DNA from: Patescibacteria group bacterium
GTDB taxonomy: Bacteria; Patescibacteriota; Doudnabacteria; UBA920
NCBI GenBank assembly: GCA_035628335.1
Contig: DASPKA010000026.1
Location: forward strand, 1 to 46,065
Reading direction: 5' to 3'
Length of the DNA stretch: 46,065 nt
Positions 7,832-17,207 of this stretch are shown here, one piece after another (the first letter of the stretch is position 1; each line of letters starts with the position of its first letter). A model generated the notes under the pieces. The model saw nothing but the letters and a program-made list of their open reading frames with translations. It searched no databases and was not told where the DNA came from. The position numbers and the translations under genes were made by a program.

Positions 7832-8868
7832 TTCACTGCTCCTTGAGGACGGCTCCAGGTCATATCTGCATATTTTCCGAAATTAAGTGTACCGTCACCG
7901 TTTACAGTGAAAGGGACCTTTCGGGGCTGGTAGGTTTCAACGCCATTGCGGTTCGTTATATTGCCATTTTTTTCACTCAGTGTAAAGTTCTGTTCTACTA
8001 CTTCTACATAGCCTTTTTTCGGGGTTTCCATGACAGTATTGGTAGCAATCATGATATGTCCATACCGTCCAAAACCCGCTACCCCAGCCATAAAGTCGCC
8101 TGCCGTTGGCAACTCTTTACTTTTACCAGACTGGAATGTTCTAAGTCCTCTGTCTTTATAGGTATTACCTTGGTCGCTTTTATCTACATGACCAAGAACA
8201 AAGGAAGCCGCATTTCCTTTTAATAGGGTCCCAGTAGTGAGTCGTTTATAATCGTCTGGATATTTGTCTTTCCATATAGTTAAGACATACCGAGTGATAA
8301 GGTCTTTGCATTGGTACTTGACTAAACCTTTTAAGTCTCCAATACGTGAGTTGTAAAAAACTTTAACTCCCTCTATAGAACCTACGGTCTCAGGAAGTGA
8401 GTTTGTTGGAGCATAGACTTTCCCGTTTTTTGGAATTGCTGAGACAAAGCTTGCCGTGCTATTTTGTAAGACGCTTCTCATATGAGTTTCTTCAGCCGCA
8501 TACGCAAGTGGGATAGGGTTTGCGGTATAAGGGAAAGGATTTGTCGTCCTGCGGTAGAGACCAGCTAGAAAGGCCAATAGTAATAGTAGTGCTGCGCCAA
8601 AAGTTAGGACTTGTGGGCTAGGTAGTGAAGTTTTTAGAGAATCTCTCACTGAATTTTCAGTTCTAGGACCTACACAGTAGGGTTCACAGAACCTCTGTTC
8701 ATAAGTTTTTTCTGTAGAGAAATCTTCGCTACTGCTGTTAGTTTTATATTGCGTTGCCCTTTTTTCTTGGGACTGTATTTGAAATGAGTTGGTTTGGGCA
8801 AGTGCAGGTTGCAGAAGAAATAAAGCTATAACCACACTGAGTCCCAGGCGTGTTATGAACGATCTCAT
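7828..8868 (-). CDS. Membrane-anchored CHAP-domain peptidoglycan hydrolase (amidase/endopeptidase)
   Basis: Signal peptide plus a second TM (FGAALLLLLAFLAGLY). The C-terminal domain carries the YQCKDL (Cys nucleophile), AGDFM, GHIMIAT and VEQN motifs characteristic of CHAP. Confidence 0.6.
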   Translation of the reverse strand: MRSFITRLGLSVVIALFLLQPALAQTNSFQIQSQEKRATQYKTNSSSEDFSTEKTYEQRFCEPYCVGPRTENSVRDSLKTSLPSPQVLTFGAALLLLLAFLAGLYRRTTNPFPYTANPIPLAYAAEETHMRSVLQNSTASFVSAIPKNGKVYAPTNSLPETVGSIEGVKVFYNSRIGDLKGLVKYQCKDLITRYVLTIWKDKYPDDYKRLTTGTLLKGNAASFVLGHVDKSDQGNTYKDRGLRTFQSGKSKELPTAGDFMAGVAGFGRYGHIMIATNTVMETPKKGYVEVVEQNFTLSEKNGNITNRNGVETYQPRKVPFTVNGDGTLNFGKYADMTWSRPQGAVK

Positions 8869-10481
8869 ATGAGGTTTTCTTTCTTCTTATTTAATGTCTT
8901 TTTTATAGTTGCATAGGTGCCGGTCAGCCCCGCACCGGTTATTCCAAGAAGTCCTGCGGTACCTATGCTACCGTCAAGGTCAGCTGCGACACGAGTGCCA
9001 TCTGGTAAGTCTAAGTATGCTTGGCCTTGTGTGTAGTCAAAGTGCAGTGGCTGGCCGCTTTGTTGACTGAGCTTCTGGAGATCTGCGAGGCTAATTTGTT
9101 TTGAGCTTCCCACAAAGCTGCTTCCTGCGTTGGTATTCGTACTGTTTTGTAACGCGGCTGGTGTTGGCTGTGAGGCGGTAGATACCTGTGTCTGCTTAGC
9201 GGCTTGGCTTGTACTGTTACCCGTGCTTGAGTTGGATGTGGTGTTTGATACCTGATTTTTCGCCACACTCTGTTCTTTTCGTTCTAGCGCATTTTCACGT
9301 GCTTTGAGGGTCTTATCTTTTTCTTGCAGCGACTTTTCAGCATCTGAAAGTTTTTCTACGGCTCTGTCTATTTTTTTGTTAGCTTCCTGTTGGTCTAGGT
9401 TATTTTTTTCCTGTGCATCTGCTATAGCTTTCAGTCTTCGGGCCTCTGCTTCATTTGCTCTTTGAATTTTTGCTTGTTCTGCTGCTTGCTCGGCTAATGC
9501 TGCTTTTTCGCGGCGCAGCGCATCTTGGGCTTCAGATATTTGTGTTGAGTCTATAGCTGTTGTAGTTCTGGTTGTCTTTGAGGTCTGGTTCACTGCCGGA
9601 GTCGAAGTGGTACTCGGAGCAGTTCCTTGGTTTCTGTTGAGCCACAAAGGTACTAACCAGCTTGCAGTTGTACCCACAGCGTCAACGAGTTTCTTTATCT
9701 TAGGAGCATTTTTTATAAGGTAGCCTCCAGCACGGTACAGTGATCTGCCAGCCATCCATGCTCCCCGAGCTAATACCAATGCGCTTGCCCACGCATACTG
9801 TGCGGCTGCGATGACTGCGCCTATAACCGCAGGAAGTCCAAATGTAAGTACGCAAACCCCCACTACTAATGCAGTTACCACGACCGCGGTAATGATAGGG
9901 TGTTTTTTTGCAAAGTTGATTACAGGCCTTACGACATAGTTATGTACTGGCTTCAGTATTTTGTTATACGTCCATTTCAGCACGGGTGATGTCACGTTTT
10001 TAATACTCCGCCCAATTTGCTTGGCTGACTCAATCGGGTGTGTAAATACTTGTTTCGTAGCCCCCCAGAGAGCGCGAGGAGTGAACGCAGACCATATACT
10101 GATTTTTTCGTTACTTTGACCAGCTTGTTCTGCAGACATAGTACTTTGGGTTGTTGAGGCAGATTGTCCTCCTATTTCAGTACTCCACGGCACTTGGGTT
10201 AGGGGAACTATGTCTTTTGCACGCACAGTGGTATTTACGTTTGCTCCACCTTGCTGCCAGTGAGTACGGTTTGCTCTCGCATTTGCGTTTTCGTCTTTTT
10301 CTAAACTCATTTCTGTGTTTTCGTATGAACTTTCGATTTTGTAGGGAGGGGAAATAAACACTTTCTCAGTTGCCGCACTGGCTGGGCTCAGCACCGAGCC
10401 ATAAAAAAAGATGCCTAAAAACAGCATCCAAAAAATAACTATTCCTGTCCGCTTGTGGCGGGCAAAAAAACGCATGGTCAT
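8865..10481 (-). CDS. Large multi-TM protein with a central ~90-aa charged coiled coil and S/T-rich low-complexity regions (hypothetical)
   Basis: It has an N-terminal signal/TM and two adjacent central TM helices (HPIITAVVVTALVVGVCVLTFGLPAVIGAVIAAAQYAWASALVL). The coiled coil reads AQDALRREKAALAEQAAEQAKIQRANEAEARRLK...KEQ. It is the first gene of the minus-strand operon. Confidence 0.55.
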   Translation of the reverse strand: MTMRFFARHKRTGIVIFWMLFLGIFFYGSVLSPASAATEKVFISPPYKIESSYENTEMSLEKDENANARANRTHWQQGGANVNTTVRAKDIVPLTQVPWSTEIGGQSASTTQSTMSAEQAGQSNEKISIWSAFTPRALWGATKQVFTHPIESAKQIGRSIKNVTSPVLKWTYNKILKPVHNYVVRPVINFAKKHPIITAVVVTALVVGVCVLTFGLPAVIGAVIAAAQYAWASALVLARGAWMAGRSLYRAGGYLIKNAPKIKKLVDAVGTTASWLVPLWLNRNQGTAPSTTSTPAVNQTSKTTRTTTAIDSTQISEAQDALRREKAALAEQAAEQAKIQRANEAEARRLKAIADAQEKNNLDQQEANKKIDRAVEKLSDAEKSLQEKDKTLKARENALERKEQSVAKNQVSNTTSNSSTGNSTSQAAKQTQVSTASQPTPAALQNSTNTNAGSSFVGSSKQISLADLQKLSQQSGQPLHFDYTQGQAYLDLPDGTRVAADLDGSIGTAGLLGITGAGLTGTYATIKKTLNKKKENLI

Positions 10482-10641
10482 ATTATTTTGTCACAGCTCT
10501 TTTCTTCTATAAATTCGCGAGGTACGATCGTGTTAATAAAGTGTTTCGCGCCGTACCTAACAGTGCGCTTATATGCAGGCTTATGCCACAAAGGAACTAT
10601 GTATGTGAAGTTATTATAGGTAATATAGCTACTGTGTCAAC

Positions 10642-10670
10642 TTTACAAAGGAGTATTAAAATTGTATAGT
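10642..10670 (+). promoter_or_regulatory. Candidate sigma70-type promoter for the tad operon (TTTACA, 17 nt spacer, TATAGT)
   Basis: Hexamers read directly in the 200-bp divergent intergenic region. They would give a very short 5' UTR for ATG 10681. Confidence 0.35.
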
Positions 10671-10680
10671 TTTTGACCGT

Positions 10681-11181
10681 ATGAGGCCCACACAATTAGC
10701 TATGAAACAAGAGGGTCAGAGCGTGCTTGAGGCAGCTCTTGTGACTATTGTTTTAGTTCCGGTTTTGTTGTTTATATTACAGATATTTTTTTGGCTTGTG
10801 GCTACCTATACGGTAAACCACACGGTACGACAAGCGGCGTCAGTGATACAAGCAACGGGAAACCCTGAGCTGGCTCGACGAGTGATAGAAGAAAATATGC
10901 GCTACCTGGACAGAGACTTTGATGTAGCAGAGGCAGTGAGTCTTACAGTGACAGACAATTTCGGCGCTGCTAAGTCCAACCCCGCATGGCCCAAGAATGG
11001 CGGAGAAGCTAAGTGGTTTAGAGACATCCATGACCCAACACGTTTTGGTATTCGCCTGGACTTAACTTACAAAATGCCAGGTTATTTATTAAAGCTTGGT
11101 GATAGGTTAACTCAGGTAAGATCTTCAGCCTGGGTACCATTTGGCTGCCAATCACCCGACAATGCAACACCCTGTTCCTAA
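10681..11181 (+). CDS. TadE-like pseudopilin
   Basis: N-terminus GQSVLEAALVTIVLVPVLLFIL matches the TadE N-terminal pattern (processed G, then E plus a hydrophobic helix). Confidence 0.65.
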   Translation: MRPTQLAMKQEGQSVLEAALVTIVLVPVLLFILQIFFWLVATYTVNHTVRQAASVIQATGNPELARRVIEENMRYLDRDFDVAEAVSLTVTDNFGAAKSNPAWPKNGGEAKWFRDIHDPTRFGIRLDLTYKMPGYLLKLGDRLTQVRSSAWVPFGCQSPDNATPCS

Positions 11182-12169
11182 CAAACAATCTGGTGTGTAC
11201 CTTGTGATCGCTTCGGTTTTAATTTTTTTGCTTGTTTCAGTTTTTGTGTTTTTGTTTTACACAGTACAGATCAGGGAGCGGCAGCAGGGTATAAAATTAG
11301 TTGCTACAGAAGCTTTGGATGCTGGGTTGAGTATGATGCAGAGTATTGTTTTGGACCGGGCAGTGAAATATAGCACTGAGTACAACAGATTACAAAAGTC
11401 TGGGTTGAAGAATATTCGTCCTTGCTGGGGATACCTGCCAGACCCCGCAGGAGCAAGTATAAATCCATTTTTTTACCTTGATAATTACGACATCGCTAAG
11501 TTATATGACTTAGAAGGAAAAGCAGGAAAGTTCAGGTCCCTTGGAGGACATATGGAGAATCTCGTTGTTCCTGCAGTTTCAGCTGATAATACCTCCTGGG
11601 CGTGCGGAACTGGCAATACAGATACACGCACACCGCGAGCATTTGCGTTTCAAGATGTTAAGCTCGTTCCCTGCGGTATATCAGTATGTGAGGTCAGGTT
11701 TGACCGTTCACTTCCGTTTAAAGAACCAGAACCCTACATGCTGTGTTACGGCGAGCCGTACTATGAGTGTGTGAAAGAAACAATTTTTATTTCTCTCAAG
11801 TTTCAACTTCAAACAAAAATAGAAGAAGCTCCCACACCAACTGACGCAGAGTTTTGGCAACAGGTTTTGGACTCAGTAAAAAAAAGCGAACATACCGAGG
11901 AGGTTGTGAAACTTACAGAATACACCGGTGCTGCGTGGCAGGACTTTGATTGCCATTCTAAAATAAATGCCTCTGTTGATACCCTTGGTAACCCACAAGT
12001 GCCGGTGCTCGGTATAGAAATACGCTTAACAGCACCATATAGAAGTTTGTGGAAACCTCCTACGAAAAACGGAACCATGCTTTCAGTGGGAGATGTAGTT
12101 AGCGGTCAGCTAAATTTATGTCCAACGGATACGCTTAAATATACGACAATTAACATTATTGCCCCATGA
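11162..12169 (+). CDS. TadG-like Flp pilus-assembly protein, Cys-rich extracellular domain
   Basis: N-terminal SGVYLVIASVLIFLLVSVFVFL...RQQGIKLVATEALDAGL resembles the TadG N-terminal domain. About 10 Cys residues. The track start at 11141 overlaps the upstream gene more deeply. Confidence 0.5.
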   Translation: MQHPVPNKQSGVYLVIASVLIFLLVSVFVFLFYTVQIRERQQGIKLVATEALDAGLSMMQSIVLDRAVKYSTEYNRLQKSGLKNIRPCWGYLPDPAGASINPFFYLDNYDIAKLYDLEGKAGKFRSLGGHMENLVVPAVSADNTSWACGTGNTDTRTPRAFAFQDVKLVPCGISVCEVRFDRSLPFKEPEPYMLCYGEPYYECVKETIFISLKFQLQTKIEEAPTPTDAEFWQQVLDSVKKSEHTEEVVKLTEYTGAAWQDFDCHSKINASVDTLGNPQVPVLGIEIRLTAPYRSLWKPPTKNGTMLSVGDVVSGQLNLCPTDTLKYTTINIIAP

Positions 12170-12951
12170 AGCAAATTCTAGAGAAAATTAAACAATCCAT
12201 GCGTTCAATTAAGGTCCAGCTTACTACTACGCTTGCTGACCCAGAAGAGTTGTCCAAGTTTAGAAGGCAGCTGCAGGCACAATTACTTACTGCTGTGCTT
12301 TTAACCTTGGTTGCAGCTGGTGTGTTTCTATATTGGGCTGAAGGCCTTAAGTCTAAGTACACGCCGGTACAAGTAGTTGCAGCAAATCATGATATTCAAA
12401 CTCCGTGGAAACTTAAACGAAGTGATATAAAGTTTTTGACTATTCCACAAGAATCTTTGCCTGCTGATGCCATACAGCCTGAACATCTGGACAGCGTGCT
12501 TGGTCAAGTGCTGGTGCATAACTTTTCAGAAAATCAAGTGTTGACGAGGAACTCATTTTTGCCAAACACTCCAGCAGATGTGGTAGGTATGAAAATTGAG
12601 AGAGACTATAAGGGCATGGCAATCTCTACAGCCTGGTTTGACGGAAATTATCCTTCACTGCGTAGAGGTGATACGCTAACTTTTGTTATCACTATAACCG
12701 AAGAGGGTAAAGCGCCAGAAGTCCAGTTGCTCGGGCAACGTATTGAAGTGTTAGACGTTATTGCTGGTTCAGAAAAGCAGCCAAGTACGCTCTTGATTAA
12801 AGTAAACGAAGCGCTCTCGAATAGTATTCTACGCGCTCACGCCTCCCGAAACGTTTCATTGCACGCACTTGTCGACGGCTACAAGCCACCGATAGGGGAT
12901 CCGGTAGCAGAGCCTATGGCAGTTTCTGGTACAACAACAAACCCTAAATAG
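12166..12951 (+). CDS. cpaB: CpaB/RcpC-like Flp pilus assembly protein (TM plus SAF-type domain)
   Basis: Single TM followed by VQVVAANHDIQTPWKLKRSDIKFLTIPQESLP (SAF-like). ATGA overlap with the upstream gene, and the position inside the tad operon fits. Confidence 0.6.
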   Translation: MKQILEKIKQSMRSIKVQLTTTLADPEELSKFRRQLQAQLLTAVLLTLVAAGVFLYWAEGLKSKYTPVQVVAANHDIQTPWKLKRSDIKFLTIPQESLPADAIQPEHLDSVLGQVLVHNFSENQVLTRNSFLPNTPADVVGMKIERDYKGMAISTAWFDGNYPSLRRGDTLTFVITITEEGKAPEVQLLGQRIEVLDVIAGSEKQPSTLLIKVNEALSNSILRAHASRNVSLHALVDGYKPPIGDPVAEPMAVSGTTTNPK

Positions 12952-12953
12952 TT

Positions 12954-13520
12954 ATGTCTAAGCATACACGAATGGTAGGACAAGCGCTTCCAGAAACTGC
13001 TCTTACACTATTAGTGATTATTCCCCTTCTGTTGCTGGGTTTTCAGATCTCGTTTTGGGTTTTTGCCAGTCAGATTGTTCATTCCGCTGCGGTAGATGCT
13101 GCGGTAGTTGCTGCGAATACAGGTAACCCTGACTTAGCAGATCGGCTTATAGCAGGAAGAGTGAGTTTGCTTGCTTACCCAAACACTAAGCGAGTTCTGT
13201 TTTCAGAAAATTTTTCTGTTACCTACTTTCTCAGTAAGGACGGAGTATTTACAGACGTACCATGGTCAGGGAATGCGGTAGCGTGTATTCAAAATCCGAA
13301 CACTATACCTCGTTGGGTAGATCTCGGTAAAGACACACGCTGTACTTTTGTAAAAGGTGATGGGGTGGTAAAGATTTCTATATCTTACCGGTTACCAATG
13401 AATCTGTGGCTTAGTTGGTTCGACAAAACCCAAGCAGATGCAACCGCATATATAGTGTGTCAGCCTACGAAGATTGATGACGACCCACGTATGCCATTTT
13501 GTGAAAAATTTAAATACTAA
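12954..13520 (+). CDS. Second TadE-like pseudopilin
   Basis: N-terminus GQALPETALTLLVIIPLLLLGF fits the TadE pattern. Paired cysteines in the C-terminal part. Confidence 0.6.
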   Translation: MSKHTRMVGQALPETALTLLVIIPLLLLGFQISFWVFASQIVHSAAVDAAVVAANTGNPDLADRLIAGRVSLLAYPNTKRVLFSENFSVTYFLSKDGVFTDVPWSGNAVACIQNPNTIPRWVDLGKDTRCTFVKGDGVVKISISYRLPMNLWLSWFDKTQADATAYIVCQPTKIDDDPRMPFCEKFKY

Positions 13521-13522
13521 CT

Positions 13523-14734
13523 ATGAAGATACTTCTTAAAAATAACACTACACTAGACGAGCTGCACGCAGCAGTAGTTTTTGAATTAGAACGAAAGGGT
13601 AGTATATTGAGCCCTCAAGCGGTTGATGAAGTTCTTATCACTTTACTGCAGACAGATCAAGCGGATTTTTCGCATTTGAGAAAGCGGCTACATAACAGGA
13701 TTTTTAGTTTTGGTGTGTTAACAGATATTCTTACGGACCAGGAAGTCACAGAGGTTATGGTGAATGGCCCAGAGCATGTATATATAGAGCGCCAAGGTAT
13801 TCTTTCTCGAGCAGATGTTCGTTTTGAGTCTGAAGAGGAACTGCTTATGGTCATAAACAGAATTGTTTCAGAAGTCGGGCGGCGTGTAGACGCAAGTCAG
13901 CCTCTCTGTGACGCACGGCTCGCAGATGGTAGTCGTGTAAACGTTATTATTCCTCCTTTGTCTTTAGTTGGTCCGGTTTTAACCATACGCAGGTTTCCCA
14001 AAAATGCGATGAATTTAGAAGATTTAGTGATCAAGGCGTCACTAAGTCCAGCTATGGCTGAGTTTTTGCGGGCATGTGTAAGGGCTAAGCTTAACGTAAT
14101 AATCTCTGGTGGAACCGGTGGCGGTAAAACAACCCTCTTAAATGCGCTGGGTTCAGAAATTTCAAAAGCAGAGCGTTTGCTTACCATAGAAGACTCTGCA
14201 GAAATGAAGATTGACCACCCGCATTTGATTTCTCTAGAGGCTCGTCAGGCAAATATAGAAGGGCAGGGGGAAATACCTATTCGTACGTTGGTGAAGAATG
14301 CTCTTCGTATGCGACCGGACAGGATTATAGTAGGGGAGATTCGTGGAGGAGAGGCGCTAGACATGCTGCAGGCTATGAACACAGGACACCAGGGCAGCTT
14401 AACTACAGTTCACGCAAACGCGCCACTCGAAGCACTCTTTCGAGTTGAAACTATGTGTTTGATGTCTGGTGTGGAGCTTCCGCTTTCTGCAGTCCGCCAA
14501 CAGGTTGCGCAAGCAGTGCATGTCATTGTTCAGCAGGAGCGCTTGTCAGATGGTAACAGGAAAGTGACGTCTATATGCATGCTTGAACCAGAGTGGCAGA
14601 ATGGGTTTGTATTGCGTGAGCTTTGCAAGTTCGACAAAGTTACTGATCAGCACGTGTGGACAGGTGAAACACCAAACCGACTTCAGCTGTTTGAGCAGGC
14701 AAAAGTTATCATTCAACCGGAGTGGTTTGCATGA
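13523..14734 (+). CDS. tadA: CpaF/TadA-family secretion ATPase
   Basis: Walker A GGTGGGKTTLLNAL, Asp/His boxes (RPDRIIVGEIRG, GHQGSLTTVHAN), ~400 aa. Confidence 0.9.
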   Translation: MKILLKNNTTLDELHAAVVFELERKGSILSPQAVDEVLITLLQTDQADFSHLRKRLHNRIFSFGVLTDILTDQEVTEVMVNGPEHVYIERQGILSRADVRFESEEELLMVINRIVSEVGRRVDASQPLCDARLADGSRVNVIIPPLSLVGPVLTIRRFPKNAMNLEDLVIKASLSPAMAEFLRACVRAKLNVIISGGTGGGKTTLLNALGSEISKAERLLTIEDSAEMKIDHPHLISLEARQANIEGQGEIPIRTLVKNALRMRPDRIIVGEIRGGEALDMLQAMNTGHQGSLTTVHANAPLEALFRVETMCLMSGVELPLSAVRQQVAQAVHVIVQQERLSDGNRKVTSICMLEPEWQNGFVLRELCKFDKVTDQHVWTGETPNRLQLFEQAKVIIQPEWFA

Positions 14735-15735
14735 AAATATTTAGAATAATTATAGGAATTTTTTCTTTCGCTGCGCTGAGTTATTCCGTTTATATTCTGT
14801 CTGGTAAAGTCTTTACGGCGTACGCTGCCGACCCCCTGCTTCCCTGGGTCGTTGTTTGCATGGCTGCTACAGCTGCGCTTTTGGCAATTTTTTGGTTTGG
14901 GTTGTTTCGGAGTTTTTTTCGCGTGTATACGTTTAGGATGCGACTGCCTGCAAAGAAGGTAACAAGACAAGCCTCCTTTTGGCCTGCTCTAACAGCTCAG
15001 GAAAGGCTTGACTATGTGGGGGACCTCGTTGCAGAAAGTGGAATGGGAGAGCCTAAAGATAGAAATGCTCAAGCAATGGTTGTGGTAATTGCATTGCTCG
15101 TACTTTTTTTGCTCGACCAGTACTTTCTGTTTATGGGAGCAGTTGGATTATTAGCAGCTGGCATTGCAATTTTGCTCAATAGGCGCCGCAAGCGTAAAGA
15201 GATGCTTGTTCGTTCTTTTCCAATGTCATTAGAGATTTTAATCAGCTCGTTGCGTGCAGGATTTTCATTTCCACAGGCTATAACCGCTACTGCCCGTGAA
15301 AGTACGGGTCCGATGGCAGACGTCTTTAAAGCGCTTGTGCGTGCGTATGAGTACAAGTTTCCACTGCAGGAAGCAGTGAGGATACTTAGTGTGTATGTGC
15401 GTATGGAAGACTGGGATAACTTCGGTGACTGTTTACGTATCAATGCGAAAGTGGGAGGAGATATTATCCCTGCACTTGAAGCTTTGTCAAAAACCATTTT
15501 TCAACGTCAGGAGATTGAGAGTGAAACCAAGACAGCTACTGCATCTGGCCGCATGTCAGGAGTGATAGTTTCTGCACTTGCTCCGTTGGGTTGCTTCCTG
15601 TTTTACATAATGTCTCCCGAATATATTGCGCCACTCTTTACTACGACCTCGGGTAATATAATGCTCGTGCTTGCGCTTGGTCTTGAGCTCGCTGGTGCCG
15701 CTTGGATTTGGAAGATTACACAAATCGATTTTTAA
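14731..15735 (+). CDS. tadB: TadB-like type II secretion system F-family platform protein
   Basis: ATGA overlap with tadA. Polytopic membrane protein with a T2SSF-like cytoplasmic domain (SLEILISSLRAGFSFPQAI). Confidence 0.7.
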   Translation: MKIFRIIIGIFSFAALSYSVYILSGKVFTAYAADPLLPWVVVCMAATAALLAIFWFGLFRSFFRVYTFRMRLPAKKVTRQASFWPALTAQERLDYVGDLVAESGMGEPKDRNAQAMVVVIALLVLFLLDQYFLFMGAVGLLAAGIAILLNRRRKRKEMLVRSFPMSLEILISSLRAGFSFPQAITATARESTGPMADVFKALVRAYEYKFPLQEAVRILSVYVRMEDWDNFGDCLRINAKVGGDIIPALEALSKTIFQRQEIESETKTATASGRMSGVIVSALAPLGCFLFYIMSPEYIAPLFTTTSGNIMLVLALGLELAGAAWIWKITQIDF

Positions 15736-15736
15736 C

Positions 15737-16606
15737 ATGACCAAAATATTACTACACACTCCTATAGTCCTTACCCTGTTACTTGTACTGCCATTTTTAT
15801 ATGCGTTCATGAGAATTTCAGCATGGCCGGTAAAACTTGTAATGGGGCTGCGCATAGTGCCTGTATGGAACCGTAAAGTGCTAGAAAGATACTTAAGTTC
15901 TTACCAACCTTCAGGATTTTGGACTCCGTGGCTCAACGTCAGAGCTCTTACCACGCTCAGCGTGCAAATTAACTATGGGGGAGTGAGCTGGCAGTATATT
16001 GCCGGAGCAAAAATTCTTGCAGTTAAATATGGATTGGTATTAGGAGTACTGTGGTGGGTTATGGAAATGAGTGTGTTTAATGCTATGGTTGGCATTGCTA
16101 TTGCATTAACTCTATATCTTTGGCCAGAGTTTTACTTTAAGCGGAAGATTAATTCCCAGACTTTATACTTCACACGCACGTTAAGCAGCGTGCTTGACTT
16201 ACTTAAGATTCAGGTAGGTAGTGGCCTTACGTTAGAGCAGAGTATTGACTATATTTCTCGCACCAGAACAGATGCATGGGCGCATGAGATGGCAGTGGTG
16301 TCGCGTTTAAACAAGGCTGGATTTACGCTTGAAGCAGCTTTAGAGCGTGTGATGGAGCATGTACAAGTAGAAGACTTTGTACGGTTTGTAGGGTCACTAA
16401 AACAAGCAAAGACTTTGGGCGCAAGCTTGTCTAAAACCTTAGAGATACAAGCAGGGCTTATACGCCAACGGCGTAAACAGGCAGCTGAAGAAAAAGCCAA
16501 GACCGCTGCAGTGAGAATAGTGTTACCGCTCGTACTGTGCATTTTCCCCGCCTTGCTGATAGTCTTTTTGGGCCCCGCAATTTTAAGGTTAACCGGAGGT
16601 TTCTAG
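15737..16606 (+). CDS. tadC: TadC-like type II secretion system F-family platform protein
   Basis: ATG lies 1 nt after the tadB stop; the track ORF start at 15671 is an upstream extension. T2SSF-like segment (LDLLKIQVGSGLTLEQSI) and a C-terminal TM. Confidence 0.7.
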   Translation: MTKILLHTPIVLTLLLVLPFLYAFMRISAWPVKLVMGLRIVPVWNRKVLERYLSSYQPSGFWTPWLNVRALTTLSVQINYGGVSWQYIAGAKILAVKYGLVLGVLWWVMEMSVFNAMVGIAIALTLYLWPEFYFKRKINSQTLYFTRTLSSVLDLLKIQVGSGLTLEQSIDYISRTRTDAWAHEMAVVSRLNKAGFTLEAALERVMEHVQVEDFVRFVGSLKQAKTLGASLSKTLEIQAGLIRQRRKQAAEEKAKTAAVRIVLPLVLCIFPALLIVFLGPAILRLTGGF

Positions 16607-16643
16607 TTGACTTGGAGGGTTTGTAATGTTATAAAAGATAATC

Positions 16644-17099
16644 ATGATTTTCTTAGCCGCGCTAATTGCAACGGTGTACTGTTCCTACACTGACATTTTC
16701 TACCGTCGCGTTCCCAACCTCGTAGTAGGAGTCCTCCTGTTGCTCTCTTGTGTCGAGGTACTTCTGTATCCTGCACGGTTTTCCGATATAGGCTACGGGC
16801 TTGTATTCGGTTTGCTCATTGGATTTGCCTTTTATGTGCTTAAAGTCTGGGGTGCAGGGGATGCGAAGTTGTTTATTGCTGTTTCTGCCATTGTAGGCAT
16901 ATTCAGTTTCTTTAAATTCTTTTATTTTACTTTGCTGGCTGGTGGTCTTCTTGCGTTAGGTTATATACTTGCTCACGCTAGCCAAAGGCGAAAAGGGCAT
17001 GCATCGATCCTTTCACACTGGCTCGGGGCCGTGAAACGAGACATACCCTACGGAGTAGCAATCTCCGCCGGTATGGTGGCGCTAAAAATTTTCTCATAA
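16644..17099 (+). CDS. tadV: A24-family prepilin peptidase, TadV/CpaA type (no methyltransferase domain)
   Basis: Two catalytic Asp motifs, YTDIFYRRVPN and GAGDAKLF. 151 aa, polytopic. Confidence 0.8.
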   Translation: MIFLAALIATVYCSYTDIFYRRVPNLVVGVLLLLSCVEVLLYPARFSDIGYGLVFGLLIGFAFYVLKVWGAGDAKLFIAVSAIVGIFSFFKFFYFTLLAGGLLALGYILAHASQRRKGHASILSHWLGAVKRDIPYGVAISAGMVALKIFS

Positions 17100-17107
17100 C
17101 CAAAATT

Positions 17108-17153
17108 AAAAATTCTCTCTTTATCGCAAATGCGATAAAGAGAGAATTTTTTG
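17108..17153 (+). terminator. Very strong intrinsic terminator (~19-21 bp perfect stem aaaaattctctctttatcgca / tgcgataaagagagaattttt, then T-run)
   Basis: Read directly. It ends the tad operon. Confidence 0.85.
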
Positions 17154-17207
17154 TTATGAATATCTTTTTAATTTATTTGTTATAGTATTAGCATAAGGAG
17201 GATTCAA

